64,000 nucleotides of DNA from the human T2T-CHM13v2.0 reference genome, Homo sapiens. Each line of letters opens with the position of its first letter. Position 1 is the first letter of the stretch. The stretch lies in assembly GCF_009914755.1 (NCBI RefSeq), contig NC_060942.1, one strand, 5' to 3'. The notes beneath the pieces were generated by a model that was given only the letters and a program-made list of their open reading frames with translations, was not told the origin of the DNA and did no database searches. The position numbers and the translations under genes are program-made. Positions 1 through 21,597 of this stretch are shown in pieces.

Positions 1-548
1 ACAAAGTGTTTGTGTTTTAAGTTTTATTATGAATCAGAAGGTTTTTAAAAGTTAAAAAGGTGATAAAGTTAAAAAGTTACAGTAAGCTAAGGTTAATTTA
101 TTATTGAAGAAAAAAACATTTTAGTAAATTTAGTGTAGCCTAAGGGTACAGCATTTACAAAGTGTACAGTAATGTCCTAGGCCTTCACATTCACTCATTA
201 CTCACTCACTGACTCACCCAGAGCAACTTCCAGTCCTGCAAGCTCTGTTTTAAGTGACTTATACAGGTGTGTCATTTTTTATCTTTTATATCGTATTTTC
301 ACTGTGCCTTTTCTGTGTTTACATATGTTTAGATACACAAATACTTAACCATTGTGTTACAACTGCCTATAGTATTCAGTACAATAGAATGCTATCCAGG
401 TTTGTAGCCTAGGGGCATTAGGCTATACCATCTAGCCTACATGTGTGGTAGGCTGTATCATCTGGGTGTGTGAAAGTACACTCTATGATGTTCACACAAC
501 AAAATCGCCTCTTAGAATGCATCCATGTGGTTAAGTGATAAATGACTG
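1..548 (+). mobile_element. Tigger3/MER7 (Golem)-type DNA transposon remnant, one end
   Basis: Typical body (ttagatacacaaatactta..., ttgtagcctagg), ending ...atgactg followed by TA; related to 27961-28333. Confidence 0.75.
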
Positions 549-836
549 TATATGAGTCAGAGAGGTGTTAATGAGGTCAAAGGAGCAGTTAATTAGGAGT
601 TAAGAGACCTGGGTTCTGGATCTACTGTTTCTGGTGGTTGAGTATTTGGCCTTGGGCCACTTTCTTAGTCTCTTGGGGCCCTTCTTTCATTTACATATTA
701 AAGAGGTTAGAACAGATCTGTGTTCCTCAATCGTTGACTCACAAATGTCTCTTATAATAGTGTGTAATCTTTTGAATTCAGAGATTTAAAAATTAATTCT
801 GTCATTACATGGCATGTGATAAGGACTTGATTTTAA

Positions 837-1173
<337 letters not shown>

Positions 1174-1849
1174 TAGATCAGTTTATTCATATACTGTTTG
1201 ATATTCATGCTGTACAAGAAAGATTATCTACAGGGTTAGTACCAGTCTTGAGTGTTGAGTGCATTGAATAAGGTAATCTATATAGTATTTAGCACTGTGC
1301 CTGGCTATGGCAAGTGCTCCATAAGTTTTAGCTGCCATCATCATCATCATCAATTCCCAACTTTCAAACCTGTGAGCCCTGTTCCTTAATAGAGGTGGGT
1401 GGACACAGCAGATTTTTTTTTTCCAATGGGTTCCATGTATCCATAGGCTCCAAAAAATATTTGTAAACGAAGTAATATGACCGACATATTTAATGACTAT
1501 TTTCCAAATAAATATAAATGATATTTTGAACAAATGCAGATGCACTTAAAATTGCTAAAGAATTCATAAGTTTTTATATTTTTTCTTAATTCATGAACTT
1601 CTAGAGTTAAATTGACTTTTAGAGTTTAAATTGACTTTTATTAATGTTAAAAAGGGATCTATAAGCTTGAAATGATTGAGCCCTGCAGTCTTGATAATTT
1701 TATTCTTTCTTCTGTTGACTTTTCCCAATTCTATTAGGCTTGTTTTTGAGGTTTGGTGACCCAAACTATATGGTAAATTTAATATGCCCCACCGCTTCAT
1801 CCATTTTTTTAAATTTAAATTTTAATTTTTTTTCTTTAAAAAAAAAATT

Positions 1850-2132
1850 TAGACAGGGTCTTGTTCTGTCACCCAGGCTGGAGTACAATGGCACAATCCT
1901 GGCTCACTGCAACCTCTGCCTCCCTAGCTCAAGGGATGCTCCCATCTTAACCTCCTAGGTAGCTGGGACTACAAGCACTCACCACCAGGCCCGACTAATT
2001 TTTGTATTTTTTTGTAGAGATGGGGTTTCGCCCTGTTGCCTAGACTGGTCTTGAACTCCTGGACCCAAGCGATCTGCCTCTTTGGCCTCCCAAAGTGCTG
2101 GGATTACAGGCGTGAGCCACTGCACCTCGCCT
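1850..2132 (-). mobile_element. AluJ
   Basis: Diverged antisense Alu. Confidence 0.85.
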
Positions 2133-2321
2133 CATCCAATGTTTTCATGGTGTTTTCTTTTTTATTTCTCATGCCAGTAACTGATAGCATTCAATTATCT
2201 GTTGACACTTGGTTAAAATCATAACATGAATTGATGCTAGGAGAATCTAGCATGGTTTTTCCCTACTTTGTATTGGGCAATGATAATGGTGCTCTCCTCG
2301 GGTTTGTGTAGGGAGAGGTAG

Positions 2322-2922
<601 letters not shown>

Positions 2923-2944
2923 GAAATAGCATTTATCATACTTT

Positions 2945-3420
2945 TATTCAGCCTTTCTCGGTTGCAAATGACAGAAACCCAACTGAAAATGGCTTAGGTA
3001 AAATGAAGAAATTACTGAAAGAATTCCAAAGAAAAGGTTTCATGGCCAGACCTTGGGAAAGGCAGATACAGCGGGCTGAGGGATCCAGATACTGCCAGAA
3101 CAGTCTTTCAGCCTCCTGCCTGTGCTGACGGAGTTCCCTCCCAAGTCAAGAGACAGGGCTGGCACTAAGCAGTCTGAGCCATGCTCTCCTTGGCTCCATG
3201 TTCAGATTTTCTAGGGGAAAGGCTTTGATGGGCCTTGTTTATGTCATATGTCCACCCTTGGACCAATCAACTATGGCCAGAAAGTTGGGCTATCAAAGTG
3301 GCCCAGTTGGATCAGGTCCTAGCTCCACATCAATTTGGAGTGTCACAACTCCCTGGGGAAGTCATATGATTACAGTGAGTACAGACGGAATCATTCCCCA
3401 GAAGATTTGCAGCAGAACTG
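2945..3420. mobile_element. Old MaLR (MLT1-type) LTR remnant
   Basis: ggttgcaaatgacagaaacccaact...ggctta terminal motif; ccacccttggaccaatca. Confidence 0.5.
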
Positions 3421-3887
3421 TAGCTGTTCCCTATAACACTGTCTGTGATTCTTGGTTCCTTATACATTCTTCCAAATGACTGCAATGTGAGTTCTTGGAG
3501 GAAGTTATATTTGGTTCAATTCTGTATCTCCTGGTCTTGGACAGCATCTGTTGCAAATGTTTGTTTAATAAACAATGAACAGATGAATTCATATAATACA
3601 TTATGATATACAAAGTGGTTATGTAAGATTTTGTCACATCTTGTCATGTCATGTCATGGTAAAAAGTGAAATGCTGTAACAGTTTTGGCCCGTTCATCTA
3701 GGAGTCACCAAATTCTGAGCTTCAGTCTTTTCCTCTGTGAAAATAAAGAGTATCTCTATTCTGACACTGTACCCATCTAGAGAAGTGAATTTGGATTGGA
3801 AGTAAAATAATCGTATTACATGCACATAAAAACTACGTGGTTTTCAAAGTTTGTTGTGTATTCACCATTGCCCCACTTGTTGACCAG

Positions 3888-4260
<373 letters not shown>

Positions 4261-4380
4261 TCAGCTTTGTTCAGAGGGCCACACTTGGCAGATTTGTCTT
4301 CTGGTTGGAGTATAGGGGTATAGGGACTTTAATTTAGTCTGTAATAGTGATTCTCAAAAATAAATCTACTCTCCAAATGA

Positions 4381-4656
<276 letters not shown>

Positions 4657-4779
4657 TGAGGGAGTTAAAATACACATTTATTTAAAACTACTGCAGAATT
4701 TTAAAAAATATACCAGAGGATTATTTGGGGATTATATAGTTTAGTTCAATTATGAGACATTTTTTCTTTTAGTAACTTC

Positions 4780-5417
<638 letters not shown>

Positions 5418-6272
5418 TAATTCTCAAAACACTTAGCTTAATTAAATGACTTTTTTGACCAGACATTTTTAAAAAGCATGCAATTTATCAAAAATTAATA
5501 TTTTATAAAGAAAAGAGAATTCACTCTCTATAGTCATTGATATCAAGTCAGCTCTGATATTGGACCTGATATCAAGTCAACTCAATTATTTATCTGTGGA
5601 TTATTCACTTTGTAAGTTATTTGTTGTTTTTCCATACCACTCATTCCAATGTCATATAGATAGATATTTCTATCTATACTTGTGTGATGTGATTCTCACT
5701 TTATATTTAACATTAGTTCACCCAAAATAACTAGGACTATGTATCTTTATATTTCTATCTATATGATATAAAATGTAAATGACTTTATCTAGAATTATTT
5801 TACTTTCTGATATTAGAGTCTGGGCTTTTTCACAACATAGCTTCCCTATATCACAAGAAATAACAGACTTGATTTATTTTATTTTAAATAATTAAAAAGA
5901 TAAGAGAGCACATGAGATTTGTTGCTTTTCTACTGCTGCCATTTCTCTACTGTTGTTTTTGTTTCTCAGAATTTGTCTTACTATAGATGAAATCATGTTT
6001 CAGGCACAAATATCAGTAAAAAGGAAAAAGAATAGAGCAATGAATTCAAATATTGTATTGATCATGATGTGTATTTATTTTTGTAGTTTGATACATTCTT
6101 CCTAGTTATATAGTGTCATCAGAAAGTCTAGCAATACACTGATCAATAAGTGAGCCTGCACACGCTTTATAGAAGTTCCTTAAATTATAGCTTAAAGACT
6201 TTTTATGGTTCATAGGAAAAGAAATGGTAATTTTCATTTTTTATAAGGCTCTCATAAAAAAAGAACATTTTC

Positions 6273-6772
<500 letters not shown>

Positions 6773-7244
6773 ACGTTTTCACTTTGTTTAGTGAAATTGA
6801 GCAGATGGTTTAATATAGAAGTCTAATGATAAATCTAATATGCTGGAGTAAATTAGCAGTGAAGATCCAACTACTCGTTTTTTCATTCAGCAGTATTTAT
6901 TCAGGATGTACTGTGTGACAGAAATCACACGAGGCTCTTACGTAGGGACACAACAGTTAAAAGACTCAGTCCTGTTCCTCACAGAGCTTACTACCTAGTA
7001 GGCTGTAGTAGAACAACTTCAGAAAACTTTTTAGCATTTGAAAAGCATTATCGTCTCATCTAATGATAAACAGTTCAGGTGTGGCTCTGACTGTCGACAA
7101 TGAAAATCTCTCATAATGCATTTTTTGTTCAATGATTCTTTGTGACTAGAGAATCCTCTTAGAATATGTCATGGAAAAGACACAGAAAACACCATCAGTA
7201 TAATAGACTTCATAATCCTTAGAAATTAGGAGTGAGACCAAAGA

Positions 7245-7480
7245 CCATGTGCTTTAGAATCAGAACTGTGTTCTAATCCCAGATTTGTCACTTAGTACTT
7301 TAAGAACTTCAGCAAGTATTTTAAGAACTTAAAGTCTTAGATTGCTCATGCATATAATGGGGCCATTAACGCCTACCTTGCCGGGTCATAAAGATCAAAT
7401 GAGATGATGTCCTTAAAGCACCCACCCAGCACAGTGCTTGGGACATAGTATTTGCTCTTCAAATGGCAGTTATTTACTAT
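7245..7480. mobile_element. MIR remnant
   Basis: ttagaatcaga...taatccca, aatgggg...taacgcctacc, aaatgagatgatg, agcacagtgcttggg. Confidence 0.6.
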
Positions 7481-8476
7481 TGTATTTATTAAATACCCTT
7501 ACAGACTTGGAACCTTGCTTACTTTCTCTAGCCTTGTAAGTGGACATAATTTTTTACTAACCACTTCTCCATGTAAAAGTGTGGTGCAATAACAAAATGG
7601 CAGGTTTTTCTTAAATAAACACATTGCTGGGATTTTTACATGTTTGATACTCTTGTCCAAAAACTTTCATCCAACATTTCTTACTTAAAGTGGATGATTT
7701 TCGTATGCATTAAAATATAGTGGAAAAATGTTTAAGCTTCCACTATTCTGGAACCCCTGTGGATTCAAATATCAATTTGTCTAAATTTTTATATAAATTA
7801 TGCAGATTCCAAAGACCATGGGGGAATTGATTTAAAAATATATTGATCCAGTTGGTAGTGCATGTGCCCCAAATCTACCATGCAATTGGAAGACTTGATT
7901 GCCAGAAAAACTAGAAGGTAATTTGGCTGTGAGTGGTGTTATTTTTTGTTTTCAATGACAACAAGAACTTCAAGCAGATAAAATCTCCCTTGAAGGAAGG
8001 CTAATGCTGAAGCCATACAGGGTTTTTAAAATGGACTGTAGGATTCTAACTCTTTTATGTTGTTAACTCATCATTAATGTGAAGATTCTCTCCTTTGCAG
8101 ATTATTCAGACCCATGGCTTTTCTTCCTCTTCACACTCTTGCTTTTCACCTCAGAATAGACAGAGGAAAAGATCAAACTCAACCTCAGTAGTTTGTTAAT
8201 TCTCACACTAATCTTTTCTAAACCACTTGGACCTATCAGTTAAGCCTCATGTTTTGGCACTGTTCTTGATTATTTTGGCTGAAAGGTTCTTGTAGCTTTT
8301 TTCTGTGTTTTGGGTGTGGCATATCTACTTCACAGGTCAGGCAGTTTTCCATGAAGATGCCATAATCAGACCAGAATGTAGTTTCCACAAAGGCAGGGAC
8401 TTTGTCTGCTTTGTTCAGTGCTAAAAAACCTGGTGCCTGCCACAGTGTCTAGCACATAATAGAGTACAGTATTTGT

Positions 8477-8593
8477 TGGATGGATGGTTGGATGGTTGGA
8501 TGGATGGATGGTTGGATGGATGGATGGATGGATGGATGGATGGATGGATGGATGGATAGATGGATGGGTGGGTGGATAGATGGATGGATGGAT
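8477..8593. repeat. (GGAT)n microsatellite at an L2 3' end
   Basis: Direct tandem tgga units; L2-like sequence 8380-8476. Confidence 0.9.
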
Positions 8594-10151
8594 AACTTTA
8601 GTGACCTAGACAGCCACTGGCAACCTTTTTTTGGCGGGGAGGGGCTACTGCTTTAAGGTATTGGACAAATAGTCAAATGTTCTCAAATACAATCCATCTC
8701 TGAATATATTTTAAGTCATTTATAAAATTATATTGTTTGCATGTCTATAAAGTGGCGGTAATAAGTTGTTAATTCTATGTGATTGACCAGAGGTTATGAA
8801 TATCTCTTCTTCACCACTGTTTCCCCAGTGTTTAGCAAAATGCCTAGCATATAGGTAGATGCTCAATAAATAGTTGTTGATTGAATCATAACAAATTGGA
8901 CTTCCAATTTATAAATGCTTTGAATTGATGGTTAGCATTCTGAGATTAGGATGTTGTGAAATATTCTATCTTTAATCCTTGTGGCTTTTCTCTTCTCTAT
9001 TTATATATCTTTGTTAATTATTAATATATATCAGGTTAGCTTAGGGGTCTGAAAAGAGTGTATCACTTCATCAGTGAATTTGTTTTCTGTTATTTACATA
9101 TAGAAATATTGCCTTTATACGATATGGAATGCCCTTTCTTATTACAACTTTTTTTTTCCTGTTCATCTATATAACAGTAAATGTGTTATGCCCTCATCAG
9201 ACACAACTAGAAGAACTCACTCTTATTGTCTGCTTTACTCTGTGTATTAAGGGGGATGGAAAAATTGATTTTCAATTAAAAAAAAAAGTATGGCTTTTCA
9301 TCCTCCCAGTTTTCTGTTTCTTCTTTTTTCCATGTCCCCTGTTCCAACCAGGTCACCAAAATTTTTATTTTGTTTGATTTGTCTGAGTGAGGAATTGTTT
9401 GGATATTAGATCTAAAGGAATAAGAAGCCAGTATGAATAAACAGGTGTTAGAAAAGGGGAAATAGGAATCTCATGGAACTCCTGTCAGAAAGTATAGCTA
9501 GATCTCACAGAAACTAGAAGCTGACAAAGCCCTGAATTTGAACATCTGGCCTGTGCTCTGCTTTCCTCTTCGCAGATCAGCTTCCCTTCATGGTTCTTGG
9601 TTCCCGTACCTTAGCTTACATGTGGCTGACATAACCCTAATTCGGATTCCAATTCTCTAAAACCTTACAAATCCAGGGTCCAGTACCACCTGCCTGACTT
9701 TTTGTATTTATTTCAAAATTCCAGGAGAGAGATTCTGACTGTCCCAGACTGGGTCAGACGGTGGGCCACAAGCTCACCAGCTGTGGCCATGGAGGCAAGT
9801 TCGAGTGGTAGAGAGGGCAGAGAACCAGGGTGAGGACGCAGGTTCTCTAAGGAAGGAGTATGTGGGGAAGAAATAATAGACATTCTAGAACCAAGCTTTT
9901 CATTATATTATGTGCTCTATTTCCTTAACCTTAACCATTATCTACTGTATTTATCTACTCTATTTCCTTAATCTTTTAGAGATTAACCTTTCCTTTCCTT
10001 TTAGAGCAGCATTTAAATTATTTCCAGTCTTTCACTGTTATAAAATAACTCTGCTAAAGAAACATGTACCTGGTTTTTTTCCCTCTGAATTATTTCCTTG
10101 AGATTGAGACATTTTTGGGTCAAAGAATGTGAATGTTTCTATGCTGTTTAA

Positions 10152-10439
<288 letters not shown>

Positions 10440-11424
10440 TGACAAGTGACCCATACAAGATTCAGAGTTCAGGTGGGATACAGATAAATATCCTAAGTTC
10501 AGAAGGATATCCCAAAATTTAAAGCCTTCTGGTAGGTTATTTGACTTGCCCCTTACTAATTTTAACAGAGACAATTCAAGTTTAGGAAAGTGAATGTCTC
10601 TGTATTCGTCTCTTGGGAAGGGGGTACAGCTCTCAAGGGGAAAAATGGACTCTTTCCAGCTCTTCTGTCCTTTAGAGAGGACCTCAGGGTGACAGCTCCT
10701 TGGTTAGATGCCGTTTTTACTCTATTTAATTTCTTTGGAGATTCTCAAACATCTGTATTTTTTCTATTTTAACTAGACCTAAACATACTTAGAATAAACA
10801 TTAATGTTCTCTTCATAATACCTGGGAAAATACACTATTAAGTTGTCCAAGTGTTATTTCTTATAAATTAGGAAGAACTTAACTTATTTATAGAAATGAA
10901 TCCAGTTGAAACTTCACATCTTCATGTGCTTGACAGGATTGACAGAAGTTCTCTTCACTGTGCTAAAGAAAAGAAGTATTTAATTATTATTCTATTGATC
11001 AGTTTCTTAGGTGCTGAGATTTTTTTCTCCATATAATAACTATTTTTGATGTTTTTCCTGACTATGAAAAACAGCATAATATTCCAAATTACAACTGCAG
11101 ATTTGTTTCTGAGTCCTTCACCTTAATTTCTCTTAGTTATCTTTGAAGTAGCATTATATAGTTCTTTAGGAAATGGGTATAATTCCGAGACAGGTATCAT
11201 CAGAACTTAACGCTTGTGACCACTGAATCATAAGCTGGTGAATTATAGATAAGTGTTTATCCTATTAAATTACTTTTCTCAGAAAAATCATTTTGAATGT
11301 CATGAATCCTAAGAAAAGGATAAAAATAGGATAGGTATCACCTCCCTCCCTTTTAATTCCCTTCTTTAGCCTTGTTTTGGTTGCATAAAATATTTTTAAC
11401 TTCTTAGTACTCAGTGGCAATTCA

Positions 11425-11886
11425 TCCTTCCTTCCTTCCTTCCTTTCTTCCTTCCTTCCCTTTCCTTCTCTTTTCATTTATCTTTTTTTCTTTTCTTTTT
11501 CTTTTCTTTCTTTCTTCCTTCCTTTCCTTTCCCTTTTTCTTTCTTCCTTTCCCTTTCCTTTCCCTTTCCTTTTCCTTTCCTTTCCCCTTCCTTTCCTTTC
11601 TTTTCTTTTCTTTCTTACACGCTCTCACTCTGTTGCCCAGGCTGGACTGCAGTGGCTCACTGCAACCTCTCCCACCCCAGGCTCAAGTGATCCTCTTACC
11701 TCAGCCTCACAAGGAGCTGGGACTACAGATACACACCACTGTGCCTGGCTAATTTTTGTATTTTTTGTAGGGACAGGGTTTCGCCATGTTGCCCAGACTG
11801 GTCTCGAACTCTTGGGCTCAAGTCATCTACCCACTTTGGCCTCTCAAAGTGGTAGCATTACAGGCATGAGCCACTATGCCTGGCCT
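11425..11886 (-). mobile_element. AluJ (~11620-11886) with expanded CT-rich tail (11425-11615)
   Basis: Polypyrimidine tract abutting the antisense Alu. Confidence 0.85.
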
Positions 11887-12888
11887 CATTTTTCTAATAA
11901 AGAATAACATTTGTGAAAGAAGCCTCACGTTTATAATAGTTGCTATTTTGGAGCTGAAATTATATTTATTTATATAATTTATATATATACACATATAATA
12001 TCAATATACATATATGCGTATATTACCTATTGGAGATAAGCTCTTAGGCCAGAATACAATAGCTCTTCATAGCAGGTCATAGCATAGAAGGTTATAGAAA
12101 ACTGCTTCCAGTCCTTGTATGTATCTCATAAACTTGGAGACACTCTAAAGGACCATCTGTAATTAACTTTGTCATATAAAATCATTTATATTCCTTTTTC
12201 ACATGCTACTTTTTGAGACGAATAGGGTAAAATTTGGTTGGAAGTTAACAGTCCCACAGGCTGTCATAGTATTTACTATCTACCTAAATCAGTACAAAGC
12301 ACTATTAAAATATACCAGAGGCCCATTAATACTGGCTTACTTAAAATGAAGCTTGGCATATCATGATCCGTAACCACTTTGACTATTGGCTGTCTCCTTT
12401 AATAAGAACTGAGAATAATATTAATTTGAGCATTTAAAATTTTTCTCTACTGCCTATACATTTTTCTTTGCTTCTGTTTTTGGACCTAAATTAAGGTTGA
12501 GAAGAGAATAGGTTATAGGCAGCCTAGACAGACCCTAGGTTACTGTTCTACATTTAAACCAATCCCAGGTAGGATGTTAACTGGTATTGAAAGGCCTATT
12601 AGGTTTTCATAAATTACTAATGTTTTAACCTCTGTCTTACCCATAAAACTAGCATGACTATATTGGTTACGAGTATTTTTCCTCTGGGAACTAGTATGTA
12701 GGGAACAAAGGTCCAATTTCTTTGAAACCATTTCTTTGTCTTCCAAACAAAAGCATTGTGTTCACTAGTTGAAACATTCTGTTGGAGTCAGGATGGGGAA
12801 GGTGATCTCTAATTAAAGTGGCTGCCGCTTAAGGAGCAGCGATTTAATTTAGAGATTTTATGGATTGCGTCCCCATCACCTGTTTTAA

Positions 12889-13143
<255 letters not shown>

Positions 13144-14580
13144 TGAATAGAGATATTTCAAAATAAAGGTATTACTTGAGTTACTATTAGAGTTAGAATT
13201 CAGCCTTGAGATGGGTTAATCTGTGGATGACCAGAATCCAAGTCCTCACAGTCCTGACAGCTGGTAGGAAATTTAGCTGGAGCCTAGGACCTCATTCTAG
13301 GGGAGACTGACAGTAGGCAATAAGTGGAAATCCAGACATGAGGGGAGTCTGCATCATAGCCATCCAGTGGCAAGTATTAGAGACACAGTCATTAAGACTG
13401 GAGTTCCAGGGTAGGGCTCTAACTAAGCCCACAGAACGTCATAGGGAGTAGTGCACCATCTGGGATACAAAACAAGGTCCTAAGCTAGGATTGTGGATCA
13501 CAACGGATGAATCCAGGATCTAGTTTCTAGTGATACAAGAGAGGGACTTGGTTATGAATAACTAGATAAAATCTTAGTGCCTGAAACTAGGTCACAATAT
13601 CAGAGCAGGATCAGCAGAATGACTGATCCTACTGAGCAGATAAGCTACCAGTCTGAGGCTTCTAAAAATTCCTCCAGTATAGAGCACCAGCCCAGGCCCT
13701 GAGGCCAAGATAAGATTCCAGGTGGAACTTCATGGTTCCAGGTGGCCAAAGGGCTGGAGGGCTTTGCCTGAAAAGATCACTGCAGATAGTATTTGAGAAA
13801 ATTACTCAAAACCAGCCTTGGTTATATCTTAGGCAAGAAGGAAAGTATTTTAAAAGACTTTGTGAATTTGTTTCAGTTCACTTGTTTTTTGTGGAGTACA
13901 TTTTACTCATCTGATACACAAACTTCATAGCATATGTACTTTGCCAGTGTTAATCACAAATTGAGAAGAAGGTGGTCTTCATTTGCTACACAGCATACCT
14001 CTTTCAAATTAATGTGAAATTCTGATGAGCTGGTCAATTGTTTCTACTTATTTTCAAGATAGAAGTGATTATTAGAATATGTTAGCAGCAGCAGCAGCAA
14101 TGATAATAAGGCTAACTTTCTTTGGGGCATTTCTTGCTATGTGCCTGTACTCAGCTAAGTCCACCTCTTCCTGGATTGTAAAAAGTTTGGCTTTTAAATT
14201 GCACGGGAGATTTAGATAGAGGCTCTGATCTAAGAGAATAGACCACTTCTCTTTAGAATAAATGAGAGAACATGGTGTCACTAGGTATTCAAGAAAGAAA
14301 CAAGTTAGCATTTGGCTCTGGCCATTGAAAGCATAGCCTTCATTACATTAATGAAACACCTGCATGTCTCTCTTAGAATATCATTTATGTAATTTGATTG
14401 ATCCCGTGATATGTTATGCTGTGAAATATAATTTTTAAAACCACAGTATTAAAAGCTAAGATTTACTTCATTACAACAAAAACGTATCAAGTGTTTATTT
14501 CGTTTTAAGAACCTTATCAGTTGCTGTAAGGCAGGGTTTCAGTACTCGACTGATGTCTGCAATGATTTAAAAAACATTCA

Positions 14581-15140
<560 letters not shown>

Positions 15141-15766
15141 ACAATAAAACATGTAACCTTTCCTAAGAGGGAGAGGTAGGTATGTAAATAACCAGTTGTA
15201 CCTGAAAATAATGACGATATTAAAATGTTAATAAGAAGTAATACAATTTTAATTCTACCGGAAAATATAATTTGTAAACAAATTTTGCTTTGAAAGAGGA
15301 AATCAAGATTCAGGCTTTAGCAAAGGCTTCCCCAGTTGCCATCATGAGACACAGGCCAGGAGCAAGGGGAAGGCACTGACTGACTCACCGTGAACACAGT
15401 GGCCAAGTTTTAATGCTCACATTCTTTTGTGTCCCTTGTGAGGATGTAAGTGGTAATTTGACCATGAAAATTAGTTATTAACAATTTCAGATGCAACCCA
15501 GAAAATGTAATAAAAGAAAGTGCCTTTATAAGTGATGCTTTGTATCTAAAATTTTTGTGTTAATGAATTATGTTTATAGACTTTTCAATAATTTCTTTCT
15601 TCTGACACTTGAACATAATGGACTGTAGAAATTTCATGTTGGCATTATGATACCATTGCAAATATTAGCATGTGCAGCACTTCCTTAACTGATGGATTGA
15701 GATTCACCTTTCTATAGGAGATTGTTTTCTCCCTAATCTTAATCTGCAGTCAGTGACTGTCTGTAA

Positions 15767-16236
<470 letters not shown>

Positions 16237-16449
16237 TTCTCTTAACATTTTCATGTAATTGCTAATTCAAATTTTGGCCACCAATCTCAGTGGAATATTC
16301 TATCATTTTTACTGAAGGGGGCTATATTTTTATCTATCTGCATTATAAGCATGACATACACATAGATGATGTTTAATCGGGACGAGAATTCAGGAATAGA
16401 TGAAAAATACATTTGTCTAACTCAGGATCTTGAAAATTTCCAAGTATTT

Positions 16450-18615
<2,166 letters not shown>

Positions 18616-19429
18616 ATAGATTAAAAAGCTGCTCTGAGAAAATTCATAATCCTTTGGGGTGGCACTGTTTCTCTTTCAGTTTAATACAATCTAATTTATT
18701 GAATATCTACAGTGGGGTGAGCAGTTTTTCAGAGCAGATGGTAAACAGCACAGGGCTGGGAGTCAGAGTTCTGCTATTAAGATACTGTACCTGACATATA
18801 TTGGCTGAAAATTGGGGCAAGCCAATCAATTTTTCTGTGCCTTGGTTTCCTTTCCTCATTTGCAAAAACTGAAATTAACAACGCCTGTTTTGCATCTTTG
18901 TGAGGAATGACTTAGCCTTGCTACCACACTTCTGCTTGTGTGACACTGTTCCCTGTTATAATGATTTGCAAACCATGTATATTCTCTTATACGCTAGAAG
19001 CTTTATGTTCTTTTTGTTTATCTCTGTATCACCTAGTACCAGACAAATGCCTGGAAATAAATGTTATTTGAATTCTGTTTTTATTTAAATTAGAAATTAG
19101 CATTTGGGGATTATTAATTTAGTCTTTATTAATTTATTAATAGTACTGGTATGTACTGTCTTTCTAAATGAAGATAATATGCTCATCCACCATTAGAAGA
19201 ACACATGTTTTATCCCTTAGCTTGTAGGGAAGCATGGGGTGAGCCTCCTAAGCTCTGCCCCTGTCACTAATAGTATGGCTTTTAGGAAGACTCTATGAAG
19301 CAGGGCCACTTTATGATTTTCTTGGGCCCTAGATATCTTTGCCTATGTAGGCTCTTCCTCTGTAGAAAAATATGTCAAATTATGTTTTATAACTGTCAGT
19401 ATAAAGGTGAATATATTATTATAATATTA

Positions 19430-20050
<621 letters not shown>

Positions 20051-20248
20051 ATACTTATGAATTAATAAGAGAAGTATGTCAATAGAAACAGTGAGCAGAA
20101 ACTTCAACAGGCACTTCACAAAAGAGAATATCCAAGTTGGCAATAAATACATGAAAAGATGATTAACTACTTTGGTAATGAGGAAAATTAAATTAAAAAT
20201 ACAAGATACTATATTCAGATCCCAAATTGGCAGTGAATTTAAGAATGA

Positions 20249-20568
<320 letters not shown>

Positions 20569-20826
20569 AGATGTTGGCAAGGATTTCAAGTAATAAGAAC
20601 TAATATACACTGCTGGTAGGAGTGTTAATTGATACCAAAGCTCTGTAAGTAGGTTGCAATACATAGTAAAGTAGAAAATGTGCATATCCTCTGATCCAGC
20701 TACTCCATTCTAGGGAACTTTTTGTATATGTGCACCAAGAGGTATGTTCAAGATTGTTCATGGCAGTGTTCTTCACAGTCACCTTAAACAGGAAACAACT
20801 AAAGTGTTCGTTAAAAATAGAATGGG

Positions 20827-21140
<314 letters not shown>

Positions 21141-21178
21141 TAGAATGGGTAAGTAAATTGTGAGATATTCATATTTAG

Positions 21179-21597
<419 letters not shown>

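Noticed and set aside
13230-13800. Purine-rich unique-looking stretch after the exon at 12935
   Set aside because: No supportable ORF or splice pair; probably an old LTR remnant I cannot classify
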